Virus record (IMG/VR): IMGVR_UViG_3300021387_000688
Direction: 5' to 3' (one strand)
Source of the DNA: a virus
Lineage: Duplodnaviria; Caudoviricetes
Length of the DNA: 64,000 bases
Shown here: positions 10,485-20,594 of the stretch, piece after piece
How positions within the stretch are numbered: position 1 is the first letter of the stretch
How the letters are laid out: the number at the start of each line of letters is the position of its first letter
Translations under genes and position numbers: made by a program
The notes under the pieces: model-generated
What the model was told of the DNA's origin: nothing
Databases searched by the model: none
What the model saw: the letters and a program-made list of their open reading frames with translations, nothing else

Positions 10485-11283
10485 AAAGCCACCTCAAATC
10501 TTTAAAGGAGAATGCATTGATAGATAAAGTTACCAACTGGGCAACACGTATAAGCAAGAATGGTCCCATTAATAACATCTTGTAAAGGTCTTGCAAATCT
10601 CCAAATCTAGTAGGGTCTAAATTAACCATAATAGATAATAAATAACTGAAAGGTATTACGATCGCACTAAAAGCTATAAATACCGTCCAAGTATATAAAA
10701 GGTTTCTACAACCTGTAGAATGCTTGCATAAAAGTATCATGCTTGTTAGAGATATAAGGGTCCCCAATAAAGGACCTGTACCTACATAAATCAAGTATAT
10801 GGACAAAGGAATCATGCCTATCATTAAAGCTTGTATAAATGATATTACAGAACTTCCTATATAAATGGCCAATTTTGAAACTTTATTATCTCTTTGTTTT
10901 TTAGCTACATCCCCTGTATAAAAGTTTGTAGTAGGATTATCCATTGCAGTCTTATAGCAGAAAATCATTAAACAGGGAAAAGAACTCATAAAGAAAATAT
11001 TTTTGAAATAGTCGACTAAAATAGGGTTGAATTTTGGGCGACACATTATATCAATAGGTCCTTCGAAATAAAGATTCTTTATTAAATGTATTATTACGTA
11101 AATCAAATAAAACAATGCAAAATGGAAATAAAACCAATAACCTTCTTTAATATTTTTCTTTTTGAAGCCCCTAATAATTATCGTACTTATAAAGATTTTC
11201 ATGAATAAGAAAGCTGCGGCTAATCCTTCCAACATTAAAATTATTGTTTTTGGTTGTACTGGGAAATCAATAAATGATATCAT
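10474..11283 (-). CDS. multi-pass (about 7 TM) membrane protein
   Basis: hydrophobic segments; start placed at 11283 (TAATG coupling, GGAGG RBS) rather than 11337. Confidence 0.7.
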   Translation of the reverse strand: MISFIDFPVQPKTIILMLEGLAAAFLFMKIFISTIIIRGFKKKNIKEGYWFYFHFALFYLIYVIIHLIKNLYFEGPIDIMCRPKFNPILVDYFKNIFFMSSFPCLMIFCYKTAMDNPTTNFYTGDVAKKQRDNKVSKLAIYIGSSVISFIQALMIGMIPLSIYLIYVGTGPLLGTLISLTSMILLCKHSTGCRNLLYTWTVFIAFSAIVIPFSYLLSIMVNLDPTRFGDLQDLYKMLLMGPFLLIRVAQLVTLSINAFSFKDLRWLYDC

Positions 11284-12143
11284 TATTGGCCTCCTGCTAC
11301 AGAGTTTGGAGGAATAGTAGATTGGTCTTCTATCCAAGTACTTGGCATCAACTCATGGATTCTGGTATCTGTAAAGTATACTTTCAAAGCATTATTGATT
11401 TTTAAGTTAAATGATTGATTGTTTTCATGTACTTCGTGTAAATACTTAACAGCTTCGTCATGCGCGAATTCCAAAGAATCTACAATGGTCTTTTTGAACA
11501 AATCTTTCCTGTCATCCAAACTTGCTAATATTGCTTCTGAAGAGAAAGAAACTTTGTTTCCTTCAGAAGATACTGTAGCTAATAAACTTTGCAACTCTTG
11601 CCTTACTTTAGGGTAAGAAGTAGATATGAAAGGACGGTTTTGTTCAATCACAGCGTCCTTTGTTTTTTCAGCTAACCTATCTTGTACGCATATATGTCTT
11701 AAACCTGATAATACAATTTTCTCCAAACAATATTTAACTAATACTCTAACAATGGAAGCTTCCCCGTGGCATTTTTCCTGATAAGATTCCAATATGAAAG
11801 TTAACAACATATCGAAGTTATCTTTTATCTGAGACATTTGCGCATCAAACAACTGCTGTCTTTTTTCACTATTAGAATAACCTGCTTGAATAGAAAAGTT
11901 TACAACTTGGTTTATAGTAGAAAAGAATTTCGTTACATTAGCTGCATCATCGTCATTATTATTAGAAGGAATAGCATCCTTAGGGGGCTTATCCTCTCCA
12001 AAATCCACAGGCCCTATTTTCTTTGCGCGTTTGGCTAATATGATAATTCCCACCACTAACGTTACGACTAGTATACCTAAGAATGCTACTAGGGTTGCAA
12101 CAAGGACTGGGTGGTTAAGTAATTCTGTTAAAAATGAGTCCAT
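11283..12143 (-). CDS. single-TM membrane-anchored protein
   Basis: N-terminal hydrophobic helix followed by basic residues and a helical domain. Confidence 0.7.
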   Translation of the reverse strand: MDSFLTELLNHPVLVATLVAFLGILVVTLVVGIIILAKRAKKIGPVDFGEDKPPKDAIPSNNNDDDAANVTKFFSTINQVVNFSIQAGYSNSEKRQQLFDAQMSQIKDNFDMLLTFILESYQEKCHGEASIVRVLVKYCLEKIVLSGLRHICVQDRLAEKTKDAVIEQNRPFISTSYPKVRQELQSLLATVSSEGNKVSFSSEAILASLDDRKDLFKKTIVDSLEFAHDEAVKYLHEVHENNQSFNLKINNALKVYFTDTRIHELMPSTWIEDQSTIPPNSVAGGQ

Positions 12144-12249
12144 CTAAACGTTCCCCATGTCTTTAATTAGTTAATTCAAAAATATTACAAAGTTTCGAGT
12201 TTAATATTTTTTCTATTGGGTCTAATTATATTTCAGAGACGTACTAGGA

Positions 12250-12864
12250 ATGGGTAGAATAAATAAGATTGAGAATATCATATCCTACAGCATATTACTA
12301 TTTGGCGTTATGGCAAACTTATTGGGTTTCGTAACTTGTTTTAATCATTTCGATCCTACTAATATTGACCACATTGCCAATATGCTATTCTCGGGTTCAA
12401 GTTTTATAATAGTATTATTATTTACTATTTTAGCATTCCTCATCCCTTCTAAAATTACCACATTCACTTATTTCATGATTTTATTTACAGCCTTCACTTC
12501 TTTCCCAACAATATTGTTTACCAGTAAAGGATTAGCATTCATCCCTTACTTAGGAATACAAGGAGTGTTATTTGGAATCACTTCAAAAGGGAAAACTAGA
12601 AATCTAATCATAGGTGTTTTACCTTTAATATTAGATATTGTTTTAATGTATCTTAAAGTTAGGATGGAAATAAACTTAGGGGATGATGGGCAGTTGAAAA
12701 GCCATTTACTTACATTGTCGATGGGAATTTCTACAAGTTATTTATTCAACTTATTTGTAACCTTTGTTTCCATGAAAGGTATTTACACTGCGGACAAAGA
12801 TAAGTACTTAAATATTTCAAAATCTCTTCCGGGCTTCAAGAGCCCTTTGGAAGATAAGAGTTAA
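12250..12864 (+). CDS. multi-pass (about 6 TM) membrane protein
   Basis: hydrophobic throughout; divergent from the 11283..12143 operon. Confidence 0.7.
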   Translation: MGRINKIENIISYSILLFGVMANLLGFVTCFNHFDPTNIDHIANMLFSGSSFIIVLLFTILAFLIPSKITTFTYFMILFTAFTSFPTILFTSKGLAFIPYLGIQGVLFGITSKGKTRNLIIGVLPLILDIVLMYLKVRMEINLGDDGQLKSHLLTLSMGISTSYLFNLFVTFVSMKGIYTADKDKYLNISKSLPGFKSPLEDKS

Positions 12865-13505
12865 ACCATATCAAAAAGAAATCCTTCATTGGCGGCCTGA
12901 TTCAAAACCTGTTGCATTGCATCTGGTGCATTAGGATCAACGTTGCAAATATTAAACATTGTTACTGCATTTCTATCATCCTGACATAACTGCATAATCT
13001 GCTGGCCGAGAGTATTCCAATATGCAGGGGTTTGACCTTTAATATCAGCTTCCGCAAAAAGTAATTTATTTTCAGAGTTACACATTTCTGAAGTTTTCTT
13101 ACCAGTAAACAATTTGATAAGTTCAGAAAATCGTTTAGGGTCTGTAACCTTTACCAACTTTTTATAAGAGGTTGGAGCGGCTTTAGTATTCTTTCTAGCT
13201 TTCTTCCACTCCATAAATTCTTTCCATTCATTATTCTGTGCAGATAAGTAAGCTTCTAAATCCTCTGGATGAGTTGCATAGAAATGAGTTTTCTCTTTAT
13301 CATAAACAAGGTTGCCTTTCTTATCCAATGCAGTGAAATAAATTTTAGGCTTACAATCTTCCTTCACTGGCTCTGTAGGCTTATGATAAAGAGAATCAAT
13401 GAATCCCATAATTTCAGGACCGACTTCCTGTTCTTCGAATTTGCTTCTTATATAAGAAAAAGCTTCATTATAACCTTTCTCAAAATCTGTTTCTTCTTTC
13501 TTCAT
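12861..13505 (-). CDS. hypothetical protein
   Basis: ORF track, GAGGA RBS. Confidence 0.7.
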   Translation of the reverse strand: MKKEETDFEKGYNEAFSYIRSKFEEQEVGPEIMGFIDSLYHKPTEPVKEDCKPKIYFTALDKKGNLVYDKEKTHFYATHPEDLEAYLSAQNNEWKEFMEWKKARKNTKAAPTSYKKLVKVTDPKRFSELIKLFTGKKTSEMCNSENKLLFAEADIKGQTPAYWNTLGQQIMQLCQDDRNAVTMFNICNVDPNAPDAMQQVLNQAANEGFLFDMV

Positions 13506-13506
13506 T

Positions 13507-13896
13507 TTATTCCTCGTTAGTACTATTGGCGTTACGAATTATTTCTGCATCATCTACGATTTTCAATTTCCAATCTTTTCGCTGAGCCATCTTTTTGTAA
13601 ATATCCTTTTTGTTTTTCTTATAAAGATATTTAAAAGTTTTATATGCAGCTTTGGTGCAAGTAATTGTTACAGCATCTATTTCAGAAGAACCAAACTCGC
13701 AAGGAGCCTTGAATCGATCTGAATAAAATACTACCAAACCTACATACTTACGATAAGTAGGTAGGTATTTAAAATGAGGATAGTTAATAAACAAATCCTC
13801 CAGTGATGTGTATTTACCTTTAGTAATTGCTATTACTATTTCATTCAAAGGTGCAGTAGGTTTTGAAAACTTTGTAGCCCATTTTGCTAATGCCAT
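13507..13896 (-). CDS. hypothetical basic protein
   Basis: ORF track, AGGAG RBS. Confidence 0.7.
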   Translation of the reverse strand: MALAKWATKFSKPTAPLNEIVIAITKGKYTSLEDLFINYPHFKYLPTYRKYVGLVVFYSDRFKAPCEFGSSEIDAVTITCTKAAYKTFKYLYKKNKKDIYKKMAQRKDWKLKIVDDAEIIRNANSTNEE

Positions 13897-13908
13897 ATAT
13901 TCTCCTTT

Positions 13909-14625
13909 TTATTTTACGTTACGGAAAGAAATCTTTTTATCGAATCCATGGTTTACAGCCTTGTCAACATCTGTTAAACCCTCACTCTCTTGGTCGACGT
14001 CATTGTGTTGAGCAATAAGCCATTCCTCAATTGCATAATAAGCGTCCCAAGCAGGTACATATTTTGGAATCCAAGTATTTTTAAGGATAGGTACTTTGTA
14101 AGGACCGCCCCCGAAAACATCCTTAAACTTCCAGTTTGCAATGTTACCTGTTTTGTACTCATTGAGGATAAATTCCTCATTCTTTTTAGAGGCGTTATAA
14201 TTTTTCCAATCTTTCCAAGTATTCAATTTCCAATTGTCAAACTCAAAAAGATTTGTTTTGATATAAACAAACTCAATAGGATTTTGATGAGTTACATTAT
14301 ATTCTTTACGAGTTGCTATCAACTCTGCATTCCAATCGAATCCTGGTTTCAAAAAGGTGCCCATTACGTTACGTGTCCATCGATTTGGATCTGCCCAGAT
14401 TTTGAAAATGTAAAGATTGAATCCAATCCAAACTCCTACAACGGCCCCTTGAGGACAACCATCTGTAAGACTAGATACAAAGTTCTCAATACCTCTCCCA
14501 TTGTAATTTTGGCCCTGCTCAATCATGTCCATGTCACGTCGGTCAAAAGTAATGTCGTCTCCGTCGTAACCATCTTTATATCCTATGTAATCGTAATAGT
14601 CTTTCTCTTTGCATAAAATACGCAT
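13909..14625 (-). CDS. conserved phage protein (KDYYD ... HGFDKKISFR family)
   Basis: start moved to ATG 14625 after GAGAGG RBS; characteristic termini. Confidence 0.65.
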   Translation of the reverse strand: MRILCKEKDYYDYIGYKDGYDGDDITFDRRDMDMIEQGQNYNGRGIENFVSSLTDGCPQGAVVGVWIGFNLYIFKIWADPNRWTRNVMGTFLKPGFDWNAELIATRKEYNVTHQNPIEFVYIKTNLFEFDNWKLNTWKDWKNYNASKKNEEFILNEYKTGNIANWKFKDVFGGGPYKVPILKNTWIPKYVPAWDAYYAIEEWLIAQHNDVDQESEGLTDVDKAVNHGFDKKISFRNVK

Positions 14626-14680
14626 AATTGTAACCTCTCTAATAATATAGAAAATATTGGAATACAATTTTGCCAAAAAG

Positions 14681-14706
14681 AAAGCCCCTTATGATAAGGG
14701 GCTTTT
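14681..14706. terminator. intrinsic terminator (bidirectional-looking)
   Basis: AAAGCCCCTTA-TGA-TAAGGGGCTTTT hairpin. Confidence 0.75.
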
Positions 14707-14708
14707 AA

Positions 14709-15023
14709 TTACTCCTGTTCTGTAGGTGCAGCTGGAGGAATCATTGTCAAGAAGCTTCCATCCTCAGGTGCTTCATAATTCCATCCCTCATCGTACATTT
14801 CGTGAACCATCTTTTCAAAGATTTCTTTTCTCTCTTTAGAGAAATTAGATTCTGGATAGTAGATAGTAACGCACTTAGTAGCATCAGGGTTTTTCAAAGA
14901 AGGAAGATCGATTGGCATGTTTACCATTTCTTCTTTCAACTGTTCCATTGAAGGTCCGTTATCTGCGATCCTACCTTCAAGCTCTCCAGGTTTAACTTCT
15001 GTCCATTCAATTGCAATTCTCAT
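14709..15023 (-). CDS. hypothetical protein
   Basis: ORF track, AGGAG RBS. Confidence 0.7.
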   Translation of the reverse strand: MRIAIEWTEVKPGELEGRIADNGPSMEQLKEEMVNMPIDLPSLKNPDATKCVTIYYPESNFSKERKEIFEKMVHEMYDEGWNYEAPEDGSFLTMIPPAAPTEQE

Positions 15024-15060
15024 AAGAATGAACTCCTAATAAAAATAAGATAATAGAGGG

Positions 15061-15678
15061 TTAACAACCCATATTCTTTAAAACCTCTAAAGGTTTCTTA
15101 GTTTTCTTCATGTAACAATCTGCACATAAACAAGAATATTGTCCATGGTCAATTACAGATTTCTTTCCGTTAAAGTCTCCTGTATCTCCGCTGTAATAAG
15201 AATACTGCGCAGGTTTACCACACTTCATGCAAATGGCTACGTCCTTTTCGATAGCATCCATAAATGGAAGAATTTCAATACTTGTAGGAAATAATTCTGC
15301 TGACCAAGAATATATAATACCTGCAAATACTAAAGGAATCTTTGAATACTTTGAAGCGTTATAATCATAAAAGAATTGGCGCTTAAAAGGAATCATAAAG
15401 AATTCGTCTATAAAAATACATTCTGGATCAACCCAATTATCCTTCAAAAGTGAAAAAATCTCTTCTGGTTTTTCAATTTGAAAAGAATGTACATAAGGAG
15501 ATTCCTTCAATTCTTTCATTCGTAAGGAAGTAGTACTTTCGTGACTGCCTCCCCTATCATCCATTTTAGGTTCGAACCAGGCAATATGTTTTTTGGCCAA
15601 AACATATTTTTCAAGTTTACCTACTAACTTTGTAGTTTTACCTGAAAACATTGGGCCTGTAATAAGAGTACAATACAT
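15061..15678 (-). CDS. tdk: thymidine kinase (TK1 family)
   Basis: GPMFSGKTT P-loop, IFIDE, C-terminal CMKC...CADC zinc site. Confidence 0.9.
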   Translation of the reverse strand: MYCTLITGPMFSGKTTKLVGKLEKYVLAKKHIAWFEPKMDDRGGSHESTTSLRMKELKESPYVHSFQIEKPEEIFSLLKDNWVDPECIFIDEFFMIPFKRQFFYDYNASKYSKIPLVFAGIIYSWSAELFPTSIEILPFMDAIEKDVAICMKCGKPAQYSYYSGDTGDFNGKKSVIDHGQYSCLCADCYMKKTKKPLEVLKNMGC

Positions 15679-15681
15679 TAA

Positions 15682-16245
15682 TTATTCCTCCACTTTTATA
15701 TCAGGGAAAGGACCGTACAATTCAAATATAACCATATCAGGCCTTAATTGAAAGTTTCTAACTTCGTATTGCATTTTATGAGCGAGGCAATCTACAAACA
15801 TCTTAACTTGATATTCGTGGCAATGCATACCCCAGTTAGTTTTCATATTGATAGGTATCCTGTTTAGCTTAATTTCTTCTGGAGCAGAAACAGCAATATC
15901 CTTTCCTTTTGGCTTTGATAAATTATAGGCATTGGATACGATGTCTGCAATAGAATTCGCCATATCCGTTGCATCTAAAGGTTTAGGGGCTTTCTTAGCT
16001 TTAGAAACAGCGGCATCTTTTCTAGCAAGTCTTTTAGAAGCTGCTTCTGCTATAGTCTCCTCTTCTTTTTTATCTTCTACCTCTTCTACCTTTTTGGTAG
16101 ATTTTTTTAACGTAGTGTCCTTTTTGGTAGTTGTCTTTTTTGTTTTTGTTGCAGTAGGTTTCTTCGAACCAGTTCCAGTAACCTTCTTCTCTTTCTCTGA
16201 AGGCTTTTTGGACTTCGAGGTAGTTGACTTTTTTGTGACAGCCAT
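15682..16245 (-). CDS. Lys/Thr-rich N-terminus, histone-like DNA-binding candidate
   Basis: KKSTTSKSKK...TKKTTTKK low-complexity basic tail. Confidence 0.6.
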   Translation of the reverse strand: MAVTKKSTTSKSKKPSEKEKKVTGTGSKKPTATKTKKTTTKKDTTLKKSTKKVEEVEDKKEEETIAEAASKRLARKDAAVSKAKKAPKPLDATDMANSIADIVSNAYNLSKPKGKDIAVSAPEEIKLNRIPINMKTNWGMHCHEYQVKMFVDCLAHKMQYEVRNFQLRPDMVIFELYGPFPDIKVEE

Positions 16246-16666
16246 TTATTAAATCTCCTTTAATTTGAGTAGGATTTCTTATTTCCTTATGTACCCGGTT
16301 TAATGATTCTTCCGGTTGATCCCAACCCATTAATAAATCATCTACTTTAACAGCCAATACGTCATTTACCTTATCGTAGGTTTCTTTATTCCAAACGCAT
16401 TTTATTTTTCTGGCAGGAATTAAATCACATTCTACTTTATAGAATGGTATATAAAGCGGATTAGTTTTTTGTTTATAATTCCTAATGAGTTTACCAATTT
16501 TAGAATCAGCGGAATGTTCTAAATCTAATATGTAATCTTTCAAAGGGAGTGGATAACTTTTATATCCATCTCCTTTGAAATACATAATGGCGTCCCATAA
16601 TTCTCTGTTTTTGATTTTATGGATAATTGCGTAAATTCTATTAGGAATCCATTTTCGTAATTTCAT
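16070..16666 (-). CDS. hypothetical protein (3' end overlaps next gene)
   Basis: CTATAAT-N6-ATG start; 176-nt overlap with 15682..16245. Confidence 0.55.
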   Translation of the reverse strand: MKLRKWIPNRIYAIIHKIKNRELWDAIMYFKGDGYKSYPLPLKDYILDLEHSADSKIGKLIRNYKQKTNPLYIPFYKVECDLIPARKIKCVWNKETYDKVNDVLAVKVDDLLMGWDQPEESLNRVHKEIRNPTQIKGDLINGCHKKVNYLEVQKAFREREEGYWNWFEETYCNKNKKDNYQKGHYVKKIYQKGRRGRR

Positions 16667-16685
16667 ATTGGTATTATAGAAAAGA

Positions 16686-17441
16686 TTACATCCAAACGTC
16701 CATTTTTTGGAAACATCTGTTAACAGGTTCGTAGGATTCCCCGGCTTTACTACCGTACATATCTATAGGGTATACACCATTACGTAATTGGTTTCTTCCC
16801 CATCTTCCAATATTATGGAACATTGTAACACCCACATTATAAGCTATGTACGCGTCCCTCATTTTAGTAAACTCAGAAGTTCTGGTTATATAACCATAGT
16901 ATTTATCATAATGTGTTAATATTCTATTATAATACCAGAAACCTACTTCGAGATTCAATGCAGGGTCTAACATATCTTCTATAGTGTAAGTCGTACTATG
17001 TACTTCATTATACTCTCTTAAACAAACGGGAGTAACTTGAGTTACACCCCAAGCATCCCCTGTTTTATTATGGGCATTGATTTTAAAATCAGATTCTACA
17101 TGGCATATAGAAAAACCTTCTGATATTTTTAGATTGTTTCGAATTGCGGCACTTATGATTTCATCTACTAACCAATCAACTGTTTCTGCGTTGTATGATC
17201 CCCAAGATGCTTTTGTAGCTTCGTTAATCTTGTCTGCATAATTTACATTAACTACTAAAGGGGTATTGAATGTTATTTCATCGTTTGCAATAATTACTAA
17301 AGAATTTTCAATATTTATTTTTGGTTCAGGTGTTGATACTTTTCTAATTGCTGCGTCTACTCCAAATACTATAAATCCTAAGAACAAACAAATACCCAAT
17401 ACGTAAAGTAACTTTTTTAATAATTGTTCTTCTTTTTTCAT
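16686..17441 (-). CDS. lytic transglycosylase (SLT domain) with N-terminal TM anchor
   Basis: HVESDF catalytic Glu, GVTQV, AYIAYNVG motifs. Confidence 0.85.
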   Translation of the reverse strand: MKKEEQLLKKLLYVLGICLFLGFIVFGVDAAIRKVSTPEPKINIENSLVIIANDEITFNTPLVVNVNYADKINEATKASWGSYNAETVDWLVDEIISAAIRNNLKISEGFSICHVESDFKINAHNKTGDAWGVTQVTPVCLREYNEVHSTTYTIEDMLDPALNLEVGFWYYNRILTHYDKYYGYITRTSEFTKMRDAYIAYNVGVTMFHNIGRWGRNQLRNGVYPIDMYGSKAGESYEPVNRCFQKMDVWM

Positions 17442-17495
17442 GTCTGTAAATAAATTACTTGCGCAAAATATTCTCCTTTATTAAATACTTTCTAT

Positions 17496-17906
17496 TTAAT
17501 TAGTTTTTGGTGCAGATTCTTCTAACTTCTGTTTACCTGCTTTCTTTGCTGCAGGAGTGGGTATATAAGTAAGACATTGCAAAAACTTTACAAATTCCCC
17601 TACACTTGTTTCTACAATTTCTGGGTCTCCCGGCATTGCTACTTTTACAGTATTCTTAGAGTTGTATTTAATGAAACGATAAGTCTGTCCATGAGTCTTA
17701 TCCACTACATGCAATACATGCCTTATGTCGTCCCTGTTTCCAGAAGTTACTACATTACTTGTATGCAAGAATGCAAAATTACCTGACAATGCTTCTTCAT
17801 CTACTTCTGTTATTCCGTTAAAAATCTTCATATGTTTTCCTCCTACTTTCCAACTACGAAATCGATCTTTAAAATATCTACTTGTTATTAATGGTACTTT
17901 CTTCAT
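17496..17906 (-). CDS. hypothetical protein
   Basis: ORF track, AGGAG RBS. Confidence 0.65.
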   Translation of the reverse strand: MKKVPLITSRYFKDRFRSWKVGGKHMKIFNGITEVDEEALSGNFAFLHTSNVVTSGNRDDIRHVLHVVDKTHGQTYRFIKYNSKNTVKVAMPGDPEIVETSVGEFVKFLQCLTYIPTPAAKKAGKQKLEESAPKTN

Positions 17907-18894
17907 TTGTATCTCCTACGTCTTCGTACCAATCTGCTGCTTTGTTTACATAATAGGCAACCTTTCTCAAATCCTGGATTGCCTTCTCTCCTTTTGTTTT
18001 GGCTTTTTCATCCCCAAACTTTCTACCACAACGAAGTACATATTTTAATGCGTCTCCCATTGCCCAAGAAGCCCTAGGATTCAAATTCAAATATTCAAGG
18101 ATTGAAGTAATAATTTCCCAAGCCTCTAATTCTACTACATTTCCATTTCTATCTTTCAAAGGAATGTTTTGATAATGAGGGGCCTTCTGTACAATCTCTC
18201 CTCCATCATTTTTTGTATAAGGTCTAACATCTGCGCCCGTTGAAATTTCGGCCTTCAAATCTGTAAAAGGATTTCCACCTTTATCTATACAATCTTTTAC
18301 CTGTTGCAAAGTTTTCTCATAAGAGAGTTCTTTTACTTTCTTTCTTTTTTCTTCTGCCATTGCCTTTGATTCCTCCATCGAGCAGGGTTCAAATCTTTTA
18401 CCATCATAAAATTCGCAAATGCCTTTATAATTTACACATCTATAAACTTTAGGGTCGTTATGCATTTCTAAGAAATAATGCTCCATGGTGTCAAGCATGC
18501 TTTTAATAAAAGCTTCCCCATAGGCTTCATCAAATCTGGCAGAATAGTTTTCATACAAGCATTTAACTACGTTGTAATTTAAAATCCATAAATTGCGCCA
18601 AGCTTCTTCTATACTAACCTTTTCATTAGGAAGTGGACTATCGAGGCAATGATTCATCCAATGGTTCAATTTCTTTTCCATGAATTGTCTAAAGCCTATG
18701 GCATCTATTGGAGATAAGCATTTTAATATTTTTTCACTTGCTTCTATTAAATAAGAAGGTCTAGTATTGTCCCAGATTTCAAGTAAACTTCCGTAATTGT
18801 AAGTTGGTTTTGGAATAATTTTTTCTGGTACTTCCCAAGGATAACGTTGACCATAAAAAGTACAGATTACTTCTATATTATCTTCTTTTGACAT
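17878..18894 (-). CDS. protein with C-terminal DUF3310-like (putative nucleotide kinase) domain
   Basis: PHYQ...EAWEII...GDALKYVLRCGRK...QDLRKVAYY. Confidence 0.7.
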   Translation of the reverse strand: MSKEDNIEVICTFYGQRYPWEVPEKIIPKPTYNYGSLLEIWDNTRPSYLIEASEKILKCLSPIDAIGFRQFMEKKLNHWMNHCLDSPLPNEKVSIEEAWRNLWILNYNVVKCLYENYSARFDEAYGEAFIKSMLDTMEHYFLEMHNDPKVYRCVNYKGICEFYDGKRFEPCSMEESKAMAEEKRKKVKELSYEKTLQQVKDCIDKGGNPFTDLKAEISTGADVRPYTKNDGGEIVQKAPHYQNIPLKDRNGNVVELEAWEIITSILEYLNLNPRASWAMGDALKYVLRCGRKFGDEKAKTKGEKAIQDLRKVAYYVNKAADWYEDVGDTNEESTINNK

Positions 18895-18965
18895 AATATT
18901 ATTATAGAAAACATTTTTTACAAAAAGACGAAAATGTTGTTTCCAGGTTTGCCTATATTATTAAC

Positions 18966-19352
18966 ATGAGAAATATTTTTGCTAACAGAGTTTATGAATT
19001 CAATCAAACAAAATTGCATCGCCGAGAAGTACAAAGAATTGCTAAAGAACTTGGCTATTCTTTCCCAATGCACGATTTTGTTAAAATGATTAACATCTTA
19101 ATCTTTGGAGACAAAATTGCAACTAAACTTCATCGCCAGTTTTCATCTCATCATAAACATATGTACAGCGATGGAATAAATACATGGTACGATATTCCTA
19201 ATAAAATTGAAGCTGCAATTGATTGGGAATCAGCTCGTTTTACAAAACCTGACAAGCCTCTCAATGCTTATGATACTTGGGTAAAATATTATCCAGATAT
19301 TCCAATGGAATCAACTTTAAGACTTTTAGGCTTTTGGCCGGAGGTAAAATAA
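18966..19352 (+). CDS. conserved phage protein, HD-like His cluster
   Basis: HRQFSSHH, IDWESARFTKPDKPL. Confidence 0.6.
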   Translation: MRNIFANRVYEFNQTKLHRREVQRIAKELGYSFPMHDFVKMINILIFGDKIATKLHRQFSSHHKHMYSDGINTWYDIPNKIEAAIDWESARFTKPDKPLNAYDTWVKYYPDIPMESTLRLLGFWPEVK

Positions 19353-19500
19353 TGACTATTGTAATTTCAAAAGATAAAAACGGTAAGCAGGTATGTAAAT
19401 ACAAAGCAGCCAATGGCTTGATTTTTAACTACAAAGATCACTGCATTATGTATGAAAATAAATACATGGTTTTCTATCCCTGTAAGAAAGGAAAGAATAA

Positions 19501-20085
19501 ATGAGTAAAGAAATTCTATTAACAGTTTTACAATGGATGGCAACAATATTTGGATTGTTGCAGGGCCTCTTAATCCTCTTAAAAAGAAAGGAAAATTGGA
19601 CTTTCCTTTTAGCTCAAAGCGTGACTTATATGGTTTGGGCTTTGGGTTCTAATCTTTACGCAGATGTATTAGAACAAAGTGTTTACATTGTTCTTTCTAT
19701 TTTAGGATTTTCTATTTGGTATCAAAAGTTTAGAGGAAAATTCTTTGATACAAAAATACATCAAATAAGTTTTGCAAATGCAGTTGTAAGTACTGGTGTA
19801 ATGGGAGTGTTGACTATAATCTTCTATTTCTGGTTGTTAAAAACAAATGACCCTTATCCAGAAATGGATGCAATTACAACTGTAATTGGATTCGTAGCTA
19901 CTTTCCTGATGGCTCGAAAGGTTGTAGAATGTTGGGTATTTTGGTTAGTAAGTGATATACTTGGATGTATAATTTATTTTGATATGGCGGCTCCAGGTTT
20001 AACTATCTTAAACTTTGTTTGGATATTTATGGCTATTGGTAGCTTCATAACTTGGTATAAGGCTTCAAAGGAGGTAAAAGAATGA
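19501..20085 (+). CDS. pnuC: PnuC-family nucleoside/vitamin transporter
   Basis: about 7 TM, DAITTV...FLMARKVVECWVFWLVSD signature. Confidence 0.85.
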   Translation: MSKEILLTVLQWMATIFGLLQGLLILLKRKENWTFLLAQSVTYMVWALGSNLYADVLEQSVYIVLSILGFSIWYQKFRGKFFDTKIHQISFANAVVSTGVMGVLTIIFYFWLLKTNDPYPEMDAITTVIGFVATFLMARKVVECWVFWLVSDILGCIIYFDMAAPGLTILNFVWIFMAIGSFITWYKASKEVKE

Positions 20086-20594
20086 TAGTTTATTTCGGAG
20101 GAAAGTTTCCATTTCGTTATAAGGATTTTTCAAAAGAAGCTTTAGAACAAGACTATCGTGCAACTTTAATAGGTGTAGATAAATTGATGAATGAACCTTT
20201 GAACCATCCAGATGTTAAGCCTGGAGTAACTTATGCAGGTCCTTTCTATTTTTACGAGGATGGAATAACTGCAGATAAGGTAGTAGAAAGAGAGGCCTTT
20301 GCAGTTGCTAACGCAGATGCTTGTGTTTTCCTTTTAGACGACGATGCAGCTGTTCCTGGAACTGTTACAGAAATTATCAATGCTTCTATACATCATAAAG
20401 CTGTTTACATTTTCTATGTACGGAAGGATTTAGATAAAGGAGAACCAGAAAGAACTATTACTTCTCCTCTTTGGTATCCTATTTTATTTGCCAACAGATT
20501 TAATAAAGATAGGACTTGGCTTTTTGCTTTTAATTCTTTTGAAGAAGCAAAAATATCATTGTTAAACTTTGTAAACGATTGCTTGGGGGCTTAA
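20082..20594 (+). CDS. nucleoside 2-deoxyribosyltransferase-like protein
   Basis: VYFGG start, ADACVF, PGTVTEI. Confidence 0.6.
   Translation: MIVYFGGKFPFRYKDFSKEALEQDYRATLIGVDKLMNEPLNHPDVKPGVTYAGPFYFYEDGITADKVVEREAFAVANADACVFLLDDDAAVPGTVTEIINASIHHKAVYIFYVRKDLDKGEPERTITSPLWYPILFANRFNKDRTWLFAFNSFEEAKISLLNFVNDCLGA

Noticed and set aside
13990-14616. 208-aa plus-strand ORF and similar antisense ORFs across the window
   Set aside because: Shadow ORFs opposite well-supported genes.
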